Source: Lama guanicoe (lineage: Eukaryota). From it: a stretch of DNA of 64,000 bases. The stretch spans positions 7,535,095 to 7,599,094 of the forward strand of contig MU054391.1 of the NCBI GenBank assembly GCA_013239625.1. Direction: 5' to 3'. The position numbers and the translations under genes are program-made. The notes under the pieces were generated by a model. It saw only the letters and a program-made list of their open reading frames with translations, was not told the origin of the DNA and did not search any database. This document shows, in pieces, positions 23,830-37,317 of the stretch. Positions within the stretch are counted from its first letter, which is position 1. Each line of letters opens with the position of its first letter.

Positions 23830-24900
23830 TTTTTAATGATTAAATGGTCACAAGCGATTCCTTTACTTTTTGTGTAATCTACATGCAAATGGCCGTCTTT
23901 GCTCTCTGGAAAAGTAAGATTTCTTCACTGGGTGAGATCCCTCTTGAAATTGATTTTTCAAAAACAGTAGTATTGTGAGCATTATTCTTTGTCCTTTGAG
24001 TTCTGAGAACATGTCTGTCTATAGAATTCTAGGATCACAAGTCGTTTTATTCAAAAGTCCATGGAAACTGTGTTGCTGTTTTCTATGGTCTGGTGCTGCT
24101 GTTGGTAAATTCCAAGTCCATCCATTTTTTGCACGTTTTGTGGGTGAACTTTTTTTTTTTTTTTGGCCAGGATAATTGTTGGTATCATTCTTTATTCCCA
24201 AGATTTAATCGTTCCATCAACATGTGGCGTAATGCAGTTATTCTCATGATTTCTTCCTGGAACATACCACACCCTCACCCTTTAGGATTTCCGATTCAGC
24301 CCTGCATTTCCAGACATTTTTCATTTACGTATTTGAAATGTTTTTTTCTTTCTGTTTAAAACATTCTCTTTACTATAACAGCAAGATTAATTATCCAAAA
24401 TTGATGGCTCCATTGCCTAGTACCCACATCTACTCATGTAAATTTTTTTCTCCTTTTTCTCCTCATTCTATGACATTTTTCTCCTGTCTTCTGTGTCACT
24501 GTCTTAGTTTTCTGTAGTGTCACATCAGCTTGATTTTTAATCTTTTTAATGCCTTTTTAAAAAATTCTGCAATGGCATTTATCCTATTTTTGTCTTCTTG
24601 TTCTCTTCGTCATCACTGCTGACACAGTGCATCGTTCATTTCATCATCTCTGATCTGATCTTCTTCACATTTACAGTCTCTTAAATTTTTTGAAAATGAA
24701 AAGCACTAAATCTAAAATTGGCTCTGTTCCCTGGCTGGTGGGGAGGGGATCTTTTCCCCAAAGAGTACTCATAATCTGTGTCTCTCTATTTCATTTCATC
24801 TTTTGGCATAATGTTTGCATAGATTTCATATTGTTTGGCTTTCTCTCTTAATTCTCTCTGACCAGAGGCTGTTGCCATTAGGATGGATAACAGCCAGTGA
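23830..24900 (-). mobile_element. Old L1ME/HAL1-like fragment
   Basis: TATAGAATTCTAGGATCACAAGTC..TTT, TGCTGCTGTTGGTAAATTCCAAG in a long T-rich tract. Confidence 0.55.
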
Positions 24901-26324
24901 TGGTGTAGTTGAACCAGACATGGGCTGGAGGGCTGGAGACGATGGCTTAAGTCTTTGTTCAGCCCTTCAGCTGCCTGAGGCAGACGGAGGAGAGCGAGGA
25001 CACTGGTCTTCAGTAGGTGACACTGGCTCCTTTTCCTTGATCTGTAACTTTATTAAAATTTCTTCAGAGTGTGGACCCACCATCAGTCTAAGACTGGGGG
25101 CATATTCTGCCTTTACTCTGTTCTCCCATCTGGGGAGGTTAATCCAGTCGCATTAATGTGATGGGCTTATGGTTCAGCGGGCTTTTGGTTTGTTGCATCT
25201 TACATATCCTTTATCTTCCACCCTTCTGGACTTTTTGGACTGTGTGAGCTTCTGTAGGACAGAGATTTATCCATCATTCTTGTATAGCATGTTTTCACCT
25301 ACTAGGTGTTGAGAAAAAAAGTTTTTAGAAATTATTCCCTTGGAATTGACTGAGACGCAAGGTCAAGGGCCTGAACAGTAATCAGTAACCGCATAGGACA
25401 CCCTTGTGGGTTTCCATGACGTAAAAGGACACGTACAAACATGGACTGTGGTAGGGAAGTGTGACTGACTGAGTATTCTGATCTTCTGTGAAATGGAACT
25501 TTGGTTTTTGCTCTAAGTTAGGAGCGCAAGGATCAGAATCAGAACATATTCCTTTATTTTCCGAGGCGAACGGAGAGCCCTGGTGAAGAAATTTGGCAAC
25601 CCTGGCGAGAGAAATCTCCCCCTTCCTTGCGATTTCCCGCTGCTTCCTTACTTGTGTCAGTGCCTCAAGCACCGTATGTAGACACGTGTAAGATGAGAGG
25701 CAGTTAAAATAAGGAAGAATATAGCAGATTTCAAACAGTTCTTTCTATGCCATTACATACACTATAGTATTAAAACATAACAAAAAGGAAAATAAAAAAA
25801 TCTGTTCTAACAATCTGCTTCATGAATCTTGAAAACTATACAAAACAAATCACCCCAGATGAGACACGTGTCTCAGTTCCCAGCACCTCAACCCAATAAA
25901 GACGATCCCCTGGGCCTGTGAATGGAGAAGCCAGGAGAGGTCAGCTCATACATCCCCTTCCTTTAGACAGGACTGTAATGAAATCATCGTTGACCAAGGG
26001 CTGTTAATGGCTCTGGGTGAGCAGAGCACAGCAATCATTTCCATTTTTCTCCATGGAATGGCTTGTGAATTGCCACCTCCTTCAAGTCCTATAACCCAGA
26101 CCAAGTCATGTCCGAGTGTCTGGTCAGTTCCGAGTGAGATGGTGGATGACCTCACAACTTTCAGAAGACGGTGACTCTCAGCTCAGTATCTTGTGTCCAC
26201 CGTGGGGACAGCTTTTCATCCCTTTGTGAAAAAGAATGAAGAGCTGGGATTCTTCCGTGACCTCCAGCTGCCAACTCATGCGCTGATGGATTTGTTCCCC
26301 CATCCCTGCAGGAGTCAGCTTGGA

Positions 26325-26470
26325 GACACGCAGGTCTGGGTTCAGATCCTGGGCCCCTCCCTAGGCGGCTGAGTGTGTTTCCTCTATCCTGCATAGTGAG
26401 GCTCACACATACCTCACCTGGCCTTTGTGAGGACTGGGGGACTGTCCACCTCAGGTGAAATGGAGACATC
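26325..26470 (+). mobile_element. MIR SINE
   Basis: GGTCTGGGTTCAGATCCTGG..GTTTCCTCTATCCTGCATAGTGAGG..ACCTCAC..TTGTGAGGACT. Confidence 0.6.
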
Positions 26471-26699
26471 ATTCATTCACAGTCTTCTGTACACTTACAG
26501 GGACTGAGAAATACCACTGGGATTAGCCTCAGGCTCCCTGTGTCCTACCACTGACCATACCCCCATGTGATCTTGTGTGTGTCAGCTCCCTTCTCTGGGT
26601 TTGAATTACCTTTTAGTTAGATGAGATTCCATCAAAATTGATCTCAAAGATACTTTAAATTTTAAATATGGTGAAGTCCTACAAAGCTTTCTAATACTG

Positions 26700-26960
26700 A
26701 CCTCAAGACTACCCATTGGCACCTCCTTGTCTCCCCCATATAGTCTTGGGATCTCCTTCTCTGGTTTCCATTTAACTCTGTAAGGTTGTAGCACCCTTCC
26801 AGCAGTATCAAACTTCATGCTGTTTCATAATTGCCTGTTTTGCACCCCTGGACTGTGAACTCCCTACAGCAGCAACTATGTTTCATGACCTCGATATTTC
26901 CTGTGGCTTGACAAAGGCTTAGCACATAGTAGCTGCTCATTAAATGCTTGTTGACTTATG
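26700..26960 (+). mobile_element. L2 3' end
   Basis: CTGGACTGTGAACTCCCT...CTTAGCACATAGTAGCTGCTCATTAAATGCTTGTTGA. Confidence 0.7.
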
Positions 26961-27324
26961 ATGACTTATCCAGTTTATTTACCGCAACATTATTGAACAC
27001 ATCTGTTGGCAACTACAGTCTCTCTTCTATGGGCACTGGGAGGTCCGGACTTCTGAAGTGTTTCTAATGGCACAATTTCAGGTAAAGGCAGGCTTCCCAG
27101 GAAACCTCAACCTTCAGTTTCAGTGAAACAGGCGGGGAGAAGCTCATTCCATCTATGTATAAAGACAAAAACAATTTTAGCATCTTTATGAGGGTAAATT
27201 TTCTAATCTGAAGTTTGTTCATTAAACAGTTTACTGAGTGCCAATTATTTGTCATATATAAGACCAGGCACTGGGGTACAGATAAGAAAATAGAATAAAA
27301 AAATATGCCTCAGTTTTAGCAACA

Positions 27325-28110
27325 GCCATCTGAACTTGGAAAAGTCACTCAAACTTAGTGAGCATCCTTTTCTCTCTCTGTGAAGATAATCATCGCCTTG
27401 TGTATCTTACGAGGCTATTATGGGTATCCCATGAGATTTTGGACGTGAACTTTACTGATAAATTGTAAAATGTCAGATTAAATAAAGGCATTGATAATCT
27501 TTCTAGATGTTTCCCCTTCTCTTAATTAACAGTTTAGATTCAATAGCTACTTAAATTCTTAATACATGCATAACTTAAAAAAATATTTTCTATGACTTTA
27601 TTTTTCTTTAATTAGTTTCTGCCTCTTTTAGGCACTCACACTTAGTCTGCTCTTAGACAAATAAAGAATATGAAATCTGTTGTTCATATTTGTAATGCCT
27701 CTAGGGAAAATTCTCAATCACTGACTTTTTTCCCTTTATATATATTTGACACTCAAGTTCTTTGTTTTAATAATGCTTGATCAGCATTTTATGTCCTACT
27801 GCATCTTTCTAGAGAAATACCAGTGTGAATTATTGAAAAGCTTCACAGTTAGCTTTTTTTCAAAGCTGGAAGAGACAGCAAAAATGGTGTGTCCTTTCCT
27901 CTCCTCGCTCTGTTGGAAAAGCCAAGGGAGTAAGAGAAGACATGGCTTTATGAGGGGTTTGCATTGGAAGGAGCTTGGCATTGGAGTCAGTTCTGTGTGG
28001 CTTTGAGAGGTACTTAATCTCTCTGATTCTCTATGCCCTTATCTACAAAATGTAGTTACTAATCCCTAATAACAAAACTGTCGTTAAGACTGGCATACAG
28101 TGGCAATCAG
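27325..28110 (+). mobile_element. Two MIR fragments (about 27325-27480 and 27975-28110)
   Basis: CTTGGAAAAGTCACTCAAAC; GGTACTTAATCTCTCTGATTCTC..CTTATCTACAAAATG. Confidence 0.55.
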
Positions 28111-30649
28111 TCCACCTCTGGGCTCTGGGGCCAGGTCCCCCAGAGAGTAAATGCAGATTTAGGGGTGGGGTCCAGAACTTCTGGGTCTCAGGCCTGCTCC
28201 TGCTCCTCTACAGCCCCCCTCCTCTTCCTCCACTCACCGCATCCCACCAGCACCCCAGCAAACACATTCCCGGAAATGCTCAGCGCTGGTTTGGACTAAC
28301 CGCCTCCCTCCTTGTCTCCCTCTGAGGGACTTTGAGCCAGGATGGGCCTGGGAACACCCGAATGAAGAGGCACTGTCATTTGCAAACACACTTCTTTTTC
28401 ATTCAAATTTCTTCCACAGAGATTAGTTGAAGAAATACATCTCAGCTAAACACATAATTAGAGGCAAAAGCAGTTCTCCAACTCCCAAAGTCTCACTATG
28501 GTGCGTACAAGTGATGTGCAAGATTTTAGAGATAGAGGGGTTGACTTTTTATTATGAATCTGATTAATTTCATCCTCTTGGCCACCTCCAAAACCTCCTC
28601 CAGTTCCATCTCTGTCTGGAGGCGTGGTCACAGCTTTTCTGAGCTGATCTTCTGCATAGACTTTCTGATGGCTGTAAATTCACCTTTAGTTTTTCCTGTG
28701 CTTTTCCTTGAAGTCTTTTGTATAGAGAATAAACAGGAGTTGCATTCAAAGATTCTTGGGGTGGAGCATTTCAATTGCTTAGTTTAAGCATAAAGAATAC
28801 CCCCGCTCCGGCCCCCCGCCCTGGTGTATAGCATCTTTATTTCTGGTTTGGAATTCTCACCATCTCACCCTGTCTCAGCAGCCAACTTTGCTTAATCAGC
28901 TTTGAGGAGTGCAAGCCATCTTCACACGCTGGCTCCGAAGCCCTCAGCTCCTGTCCACTGTCTTCAGTAAATTCCTCAAGGGCGCTGAGCGGGAAGGCAG
29001 GGGACATCTAACCAAACAGGGATGGATCCAGTGTGAAGAGGTGAGTGCCATCGGTGTGGGTCCTCGGCATCCTTGTCCTAGGTAATGCCCCCAACGCTGT
29101 TGCAAGGTGTGGACTGTGAACGCCGTCCCGCAGACGGGGAAACGGCACGTAGGGGAAGCAGGACTTGGTTCCAAACCTGTGCCATGAGGTCTCTCAGACT
29201 CGGAACTGGCCGTTAAGGATCATGTTTGTCCTTTTCTCTGTATCTTGGATGCTTGTCATCCTATGGCAGGTCATCAATAAATATCTAATCAATGAATACT
29301 GGCAGAATTGGTAAAGATTTGTTCTACTTGGTACTATTTGCTCTTCAAAGATAGGCTAAATATTCAGTAAACTGAAAATGATGCCTTTTACTGTTAATGA
29401 GATTTAACAGTCCTTTGTCAGGGGAGCTTCCTCTGACCACACTGTTTATAAGGGATGTCGAGGGGTGGGGCTGGGGTTCGGGTTCTGGTTGGAGCAGAGT
29501 TCTGAGCAGAGTGAGGTGAGCCTTCTGGGTTCCTAGCACTGAATTTTATATTTGAGCACTGGTTTCTAAACTCTGACACGAAACCAGCTCTCACTGTGCT
29601 GCCAAGGCTGGGACATGAGGGACTGAAGTTCCCTTGTTCTGGGAGGATGAGTTTTGTCAAAGGAGGATGAATAGCGTCTGCTCTGGCTTTGGCTCCGGCA
29701 GCCTCCTGCCTATAGAAGTGTTTTCCTTCACTTGGGCTAGGCTGAGCTTCGTTTCAGAGAGGCATAAACAAGTCTGCAATCCTCGGGGGATCTGGCACAG
29801 GAAAATGAAGTCATTTTACATTTGCGGCGTGATTCAAATTGGAATTGCACAAGTCAGAACGACAGGATGCTGGAGTTCTTTGTTTAGTCCTGTGCTTCGG
29901 GAGCCCAGTTTTCTCCAGCTTCCTGGAGGGAGGAAGTGGATATGTATGGAATACCCATTTGCATTATATAGTCTTCAGGGTTCTTTTTCCTTACATAAAA
30001 CATCCAGCCTAAATTTTGCAGTCAGCTCAATAAAAGGCGAAACAAGGAGCCATTGAGTCCTTGCAGTGGAACTGACTTCACCATCCGCCCTGGTGTCATG
30101 GGGACAGGGCTTAAATTCCTTCCCTGAAGGAAACCCACACAACTCTTACTTCATCCGGCTGGGGGAGGGGGTACGGGAAACACCTATGAGATTGTCTCTG
30201 GGCTTTGGACTCAAGGACCCCAGACCGGGCAGTAATAGGGATCCTAGACTTTCCAGGTCCCTCTCTTCCCTCTTTGGTCTCAGGTGGTTTATTTTTACCT
30301 CAGTAGCTTTTCAATTTGCTACCTCCCAGGTCTCTCAGTTCCCTCCCTGCAGACTCACACAGCGGTCCCTACTTTCCCTTCTCCCTTCCTGCTGCTGCGT
30401 CTCCACATCACATCACTCAACCCCCACGTTTAATCAGCACAACATCCCAGTGGGGGATATGGCTCCCACTTTACAGAGGGAAGCCTGAACTGCGGAGACA
30501 ATGAGTGAGTGTCTCAGGATTGCCTGGCTGGGGAGAGAGGAGCATCTCCTGTTGGCTGACACATGCTCTCTGTGTTCCTCCCGCCCACTCCTGGTATGCT
30601 TTGAAGTTTACGGTTCTTTATTCTGTAGCAAAGGTTAGCTCAGCTGCCG

Positions 30650-31049
30650 CGCTCAGCATGGGCTATCAACAAAATACCGCCCACGTGGTGGCTGAAACCA
30701 CACACATTTATTTCTCACGGTTCTGCCGGCTGGGAAGTCCAAGGTCAAGGTGCCAGTAGATTCCGTTCTTGGTGAGGGCTCCCTTCCTGGCTTGCAGACG
30801 GCCACCTTTCTGCTGTGTGCTCACCTGGCTTTTCCTCTGTGTGTGCAGGTGGAGAGAGATGAGGGAATCCTTCCTTCTTCCTCTTCTCATAAAGGCACTA
30901 ATTCCATCATGAGGGTCCCACTCTGAAGGCCTAATCTAATTCTAATCGCCTCCCAAAGGTGCCAACCTAAAGACCATGATGGGGGGTGGGGTGGGGTTAG
31001 GGCCTCAACATACGACATTTGGAATGATAAAAGCATGCAGTACATAACA
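30650..31049 (-). mobile_element. MLT1A-like MaLR solo LTR
   Basis: CATTTATTTCTCACGGTTCTG..GGCTGGGAAGTCCAAGGTCAAGGTGCCAG..TGGTGAGGGC..CTGGCTTGCAGACGGCCACCTTTC..GGGTTAGGGCCTCAACATA. Confidence 0.88.
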
Positions 31050-31959
31050 TCAACCCTTTCTTTTTCTTCCTTTTTTTTTTTTTCATCCGTTCCCTGGAAA
31101 TAAGGAACTTGGTCCATGTTCTTCCAAGGCTGCGTTGGAAGATGTCCCTGTGGACAACCCAGTGCCGTGTCTGTTTCTTCATACTCGTACAAAGCTGAAC
31201 ATTGTTTCTAACTTCAGAATTCTGTTCTTGCCTGCCCAGGTGCTCTCTCCAGAAGTGTTTTGTTCTTTTGCTCCCAACCATCAGCCTCAAAGCTACCTCC
31301 ATCCTTCCTCCCAGAATGCTGAGCCGATCTTCAGGCAAGCAGGAGTCCTTATCTCCCTTGGATAAGCCAGACTGACAGAAGTGAATTTGTAGATAGGACT
31401 TTCCCTTTGCCCAGTTATAGTGTCCTGAGGTTAACGTCTGCTGCTCGGAGAATTTGAATAAACTTGCTTCTCCTCTAAATAACTGCTTATCCCCCCAGCA
31501 GAGACACAAGCAGAAAATAAGCCTGTTTTTTCCTCCTTTCAAACTCTAAACCTTAGATATGCATCTGAGTTCAAATAAACGAGTTTTGGAGAGCCAAAGG
31601 GCAAAGAAGGCTAACAAAAATCCGACTTTCTGAAATGAAGCAGCACTGTGCTTGCATAGCCATCCAAATTGTCCCAAACGGCATACGGTTCCAAAAGAGT
31701 CCAGATGCTTTTTTAGATGTAAAATGAGTTGGTGGCTGGCTGCGCCAGTGCCTGCCTGCAAAGCCTTCCTCTGGAAGGGACAGCCATGGAAAGGCTGAGT
31801 AGGGATGCCCCAGCATTGCCCTTTGGAGGCTGAAATGTCACCGGCCACAAAAAAATAGATCCCTTCACCTTTTTTCATAATCCAGGCATGTGGCTTGGAA
31901 GAGAAACAATTCATTTCAAACTCTCCTGCCCCTCAATTTTACCTAAAGCAAGCTCAATT

Positions 31960-32730
31960 CCATTTAATTTAATAAAGATTTGCTGAGAGCTTCCTGGAGC
32001 CTGGGCTGTGTTATGGATGCAGGGACAACTGAGATACTGTCTTGGCCCTTAAGGGCCTCATGGTCTGGAAGGAGAGGCAGTCAGGTGAACATTATGATGT
32101 ACAGAGATCAGTCACATCTCATAGTGTGGCAGGGCAGACTTGATTGACAGCGGAGGGTGTGTCAAGACTAAGGGAGCCAGGAGAGACTTGAGGGGGCAAT
32201 GATAATAGCTGGGACTTGAAGGGTCTGGATCTGTTAACCTGGTAGGTAGGGAGCAGCGTGGGTGGGATGTCAGACCACGTTCCAGGCAAAAGAAACACCG
32301 TCAGCAAAGACACAGGGTCGTGAGAAAGCCCTGAGTGTTGCTGGAGCAGAGTGTAGGATGTATGCAGAGGATGATGGGAAGGGTAATGAGGGTAAGAATT
32401 ACCCTCGATGGGGGAGGGGGCTATGCACTCAGGGATCTGGACAATACCCTGAAATAAAGTAGAGCCGCAGGATGTTTTATCAGCAGGGAAAAGACACAAC
32501 CAAAATGTATATGAGAGCGATGGCTTTGGAAGCTGGGTAGATGGTCTGGTGGGCAAGACTTGGAGCAAGGAGACAGTCACTCATTTGGGATATGATACCA
32601 GTTATCTGGGAAGAAAGGATGAAGACTGCAGGGGGTACTGGGGAGAGGCTGGATCTGAGGAATAAAAAAAAGGTGAGATGGATAGTCACCAACTGGATGT
32701 CAGATGCTGGATAAGGGAGGAGTCCTGGAA
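31960..32730 (-). mobile_element. L2 fragment
   Basis: CATTTAATTTAATAAAGATTTGCTGAGAGCTTCCTGGAGCCTGGGCTGTG tail followed by L2 body (GTTCCAGGCAAAAGAAACACCG). Confidence 0.75.
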
Positions 32731-33899
32731 AGCAAGGAAACTCAAATCAACACCAAGCGATGGAAACTCTGAGAGCCCCTGGGCTTCTCTGACGAGTGTG
32801 ACTGCTCCTTTGTGGTGGCTGTGGCTGCTGTCCTTGGACACCGGTGTCAGAGTCTCTTCTCTTAACGTCGGAGTCCCTCCCTCTGCCTTTGCAAGCAGAT
32901 CCCCTAGGACTAAGCAAATCAGAGCCTGCATGGTACTTTTCCTCTGACTTCAGACGAGTCATAAATTTTGGCGTTTTTCCGCAGTGAACTTCCACATCCT
33001 GCACAGAACACTCTGGCCCTCAGACTCAGCCCTACACCATTTGGTGAGACCTTTGGTGAAAATTCAAGGTCTGGGCTTATGACAGAATATTTTTTCCTGG
33101 TCTGTTCATCTTTGGCACCATTTGGGAGGAACATATTGGAACAGACGCTTCCACCCTCCTCAATCACATGGATACTCTCTGACACCGAAGCAAATCAGAT
33201 CACCATCCCCTAGATTCCATCCCGAGAGTCTACACATGTGGGCGGAAATAGACCCCAGTGCGTCCTGGAGAGCGCGTGCAAGTCACAAAGCTCACGGACA
33301 TTCAAATTGCTTTTTAAAAACAAAGACCGTGAAAACCAAAGCTATAAAAGAATGTGAATCATCAACCCAGACATCTTCCCCCCAGGCACACATGACACCA
33401 CGTTCCTTCCCGGATGCTCTTCCTTCACAAATGATGAAGGCTGCTGACATCCTTCTGGGGAAGGGATTATCTGATTCCACAGGCAGTTAAGAATAACATG
33501 TAAATGTCATTTAGCTGAGCGATTTCTACATGGATCAAAAGACACACACTCAAGTTACTCACAATGATAGCCAAACCCTTTATTTCAATAAAATCACAGC
33601 AAACCCACAAAGCTCTTCCAACAGAATTAGCACCAGTGTGGTGTGGGAGTCATTCAGACATTCCTTCCAGGTTAGTAGACTATTTGCAATTCAGCTTTTT
33701 TTTTTAAGATGTGCATGTTATGTAACAGACACAAGCCACGGGGTAAGCTAGAATCCAAGGCGTCTCAAAATTTTCCACTGAGTTCTCAAAGCCAACAGCA
33801 AGAGTGACTGAGTACTCCCTTGCTTTACGGTGCCATGGCTGCAACTGCCCTTCCCTGTAAATATCAGAATGAGAAGGGGGCTAAGGTAGGGGTTAAATT

Positions 33900-34110
33900 T
33901 ATGTGCTCTGGAGGTTGGAGCGCTTGTGTTTGGATCCTGACACCTTCTGGAGCTGTGTGGCTTGGGCAGTTTCCTTTGCCTCTCAATTTCACTCTTGTCT
34001 GATTCAGTGATTGTCTCTTCCTCATGGGGTTGCTCCGAGGAATGAGTGAATGTGTGTTAAGCACTTAGCCCTGCTCCTGGGGAGAAGGGCTCTGCAAATG
34101 TTAAGCCATC
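33900..34110 (+). mobile_element. MIR SINE
   Basis: GCTCTGGAG..GCTGTGTGGCTTGGGCAGTTTC..TCTCAATTTC..CTCATGGGGTTGCTCCGAGGAATGAGTGA..AAGCACTTAG. Confidence 0.75.
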
Positions 34111-34689
34111 AGTGAAACACAGAAGTCTAAGTTCTGTGTTTCACTTTAGTTTGGACAATGTCAAATTTTACTCTACCTTTGTTTCTTTTCTTTTCTTTTT
34201 TTTTAAGAAAGGAATGTTTTCCTCAAAATTTCCAGGAGAATTGGCCCTTCCCGCACAGGCGCCATGGTTGGTCTTGGCTTTGCCTGAGCCTTGGTGTACA
34301 GCCAAAACCCGAGAGACACACCACCCATCACCCTGGAGAGAAGACAGTGATGCTTTCTTAAAATCTCCTTAGGGGTTTCTTGGTACTCATTTTCCGGATA
34401 ACTGAGTGAAAACTCAATGCTTGCAGATAAAGTTCCCATGGAATGAATGACCTGATGTCTTGACTTGATGGGTAAAGAGCCATCTTTACATCCGGGAAGA
34501 GCCTGACGTCTGCTCCCCCTCATGGATTTGTTGTTTCTGAGGAACCTCACTAGAAGATCTCACTTCACCAGCAGGCTCCTGGGCGAACCCTGGTCAGCAC
34601 TGCAAGAAACAATGGCCATTGTCAAAATCTGGAGATGAAGAAGGTGGCAGAGATTGTGCAGGACGTGGCTTGTGACTTGGAAGGACCTC

Positions 34690-35210
34690 TGGCTTCAGAG
34701 TCAGGAGGCCTGGGTTCTAGGCTTGGCTGTCTCGCCCTTGCTCTGTGGTTTTACACCAGCCCCTTTTCTCCTTTGGATTGTTTCTCATGTTTGCAAATCG
34801 GGTTGGGGACCAATCAGGATAAGCTGTCGCACCACTTCAAACTCCAAGATCTCAACCACTTACACACGTCCTAGGGCTTCTATGGTTGACGAAAGGTAAG
34901 TCCTTGTCTTATAGAAAACGTAAAATGTAAAAGTATTTTTGTAGTAGTGTTTTGCCTCCAAATGAGACATTCCATGTTTTCGTCCCCTAATATATAACTC
35001 ATTTTGTTCACTCTTCTGAGATTTCTTTTCTGAAAAATAAAAATCACAAAACTATACCCTGTTTCACTTAAATACCATTGATCTCCTCTTACAGATAAGA
35101 AAGTGAAGCCTAGAGGAGTTTTGTAACGCTCAGATGGTCACACAGCAAGTGGTGTATTTAGGATTTGAACTCAGATTCATTGGATTCTAGAGCTCGGACC
35201 TTCAGCTAAT
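34690..35210. mobile_element. MIR fragments (+ at about 34690-34850, - at about 35075-35210)
   Basis: GGCTTCAGAGTCAGGAGGCCTGGGTTCTAG; CTCTTACAGATAAGAAAGTGAAGCCTAGAGG..GGTCACACAGC..GGATTTGAACTCAG. Confidence 0.7.
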
Positions 35211-36924
35211 GCTTTATAAATCTGATTTAAAAGAGCATGACTGTACTGTGCATGTGCCTTCTGGGCTTGTGTAGGTCTGCTTATCTCTGCTTTTACTTTT
35301 TAAGAGGCCACTTGAATGTTATACACTCAGTAAACATTCTTGCTCTCGGTAAATCAATCTGGATCTGAATCTGATCTTTTTCCTCCATCACCCGTCATGC
35401 ATTTCTGACCACTTTGCAGAAAGTCCACAACTTGATCATGTGTTTTCACATCAGGGATTGTAGCTCATCCATCAGCTTCCCAAGTGCCATGGTAAGTTTG
35501 TGGTGTTAATTGCTTACTATCGAAATACCTGAAATCATAAACCTCTGTCACTTTCAAATGTGACAACAATTCTAAATACACATTGAATTAGTTTGTATTC
35601 AAGGAACAAAGTCACTTTTATGAAGAAGTCTAAAAATAAACAGTGAGATGATCTTTTTCTGAATCAGGAGTAAACCATACGAAACACTGACCACAATCCC
35701 ATTGCTTCAGCTCCAACATCATCTCAACATCCGTTTGGTTTCTTTTGCTTCTGGTGACTAGGTGGATGCAATTGATAATGGTGAAAACAGACAGCAGGAA
35801 AGATGAAGAGTCTAGAAAACAGCTGAGTTTAGGGCATTGCTTCTGGAAATATCTGCGCCCCGAGCTTAAACCAAACTTGAGTCCTTTGCAGAGATGATTT
35901 GGGCGAATTAAAAAAAATACTGATTTTCACTCAAGGAATGGAGATTTATAGAAAACTCAAAACTTTTTTCTTGGACTCAAGTTTTTCTTACAGGATAGCA
36001 TTTGAATGCATCAAGGATAAATAGCCTGGAAACATATGGATTGCATGTCTCATGAAGTGCACATGAATTTTGATATTAAGGGGGCACATGCTTCAGAAAG
36101 ATAATTTGGCCTCTGCCGATACCAGAATATTTAAGAAATCCTTCCAGAGACTTTGCCAAAACCCAGAGCCACTAGGCTCTTCTATACTGAGTAGTTTCCA
36201 CTTTAGCCAGTATCCCTAGCAGCCTGGCCAAATGAAACAGAGGAGTCAGCATCTTCTGAAGGGGACGTTGGCCAATCTCAACCCTGGAGATATGCTCAAG
36301 GGCTTCCAGCTGGCCCTCTGAGCCGAGAGTACAATTCAAAAGTGCTGGAGTCTCTCAGCATGTCTGCTTCGCGTTACTCTGAGAGACAGTGATGTGAAAA
36401 CTGCCGGCTCGGAGCAGGATCCGTGCTGTAAACTATTTGCAAAAGCCCTACTGCTTTCTGCTGGGGCCAGGTTCTGCCCACCCCAGACAGTCTGTGGTGA
36501 GGATAAGAAACGAGGACTATTGTCAAATGAATAGCTCTGCCCCTAAAACTGTGGCCGGCGGCAAGTTTCTTGGCCACTGAGTTCCAGCCAAAACATGTCA
36601 CTCTTTTTTTTCTTCTGGGAGAGGCTCGGGGAACCTGCTGTGTGTCAGAGTCAGGGGGCGGCAGCAGAGAGTAGCTGCTGCTTGAGCATCTTGTCTGGTA
36701 CGGATGAGAATTAGGCGATTCTTGGAAAGGGGGAAGAGCTTTCCTGCTCTGCTACCCACTTCCAGATTCTCCTCTTGGCCTTGGGCTGCAGAATTAGCAG
36801 TATAAGCTAATTCACTTTTTTCACCTCAGTATGCAGATATTTATTGAATTTCTACTCAGTGCCAGGCTCAACGCTGGCTGGAACTGTCTCTTCTCTCAGA
36901 GGGCGTCTTTATGGATCATTAATC

Positions 36925-37170
36925 CCTGGAGATGATCTATTAAAACAATGTGCCACTGCTAAAAGTCTTAGAAAATGTGAAATTCTCCCTCATTCTTCAG
37001 GGAGATACACAGTATGTGGTCACCATGTTAAAGACTTTGAGAAGTCTCCCAGTAAAGTAACTAGCTTAACTTTAACATGGCTTTCTCAAATTTGTAATGA
37101 CCAGTAACTGCCCACCACCCACTTTATCCCCCATGATGATTTCTCACAGCAACTTTGGGAAATAACAGCC
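36925..37170. mobile_element. MER103C-like hAT-Charlie fragment
   Basis: GTTAAAGACTTTGAGAAGTCTCCCAGTAAAGTAACTAGCTTAACTTTAAC..TTTCTCAAATTTG; ends CTTTGGGAAAT. Confidence 0.55.
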
Positions 37171-37317
37171 CAGTGTAAAGAGCCAAAAATATACTTTTGT
37201 GAGACAAGTATGATATTTAAAGAAAATCACAAAGTCTGGAATTAGCAAAGAAGGGAAAAGGTATGGAATAAGGAATCTCTTGTAAAGATGATATTCTAAG
37301 TAGCTTTGATAGATGAA

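Noticed and set aside
30997..31542. Longest ORF (181 aa, minus strand)
   Set aside because: Runs through a poly(T) tract (the Lys run) and into the MLT1A LTR; no domain signal.
36645..36668. CTCF-like CAGGGGGCGGCAG (also GCCAGGTGGCAG near 44623)
   Set aside because: The 5' half of the motif (CCAC/CCGC) is missing; too weak to call without a PWM scan.
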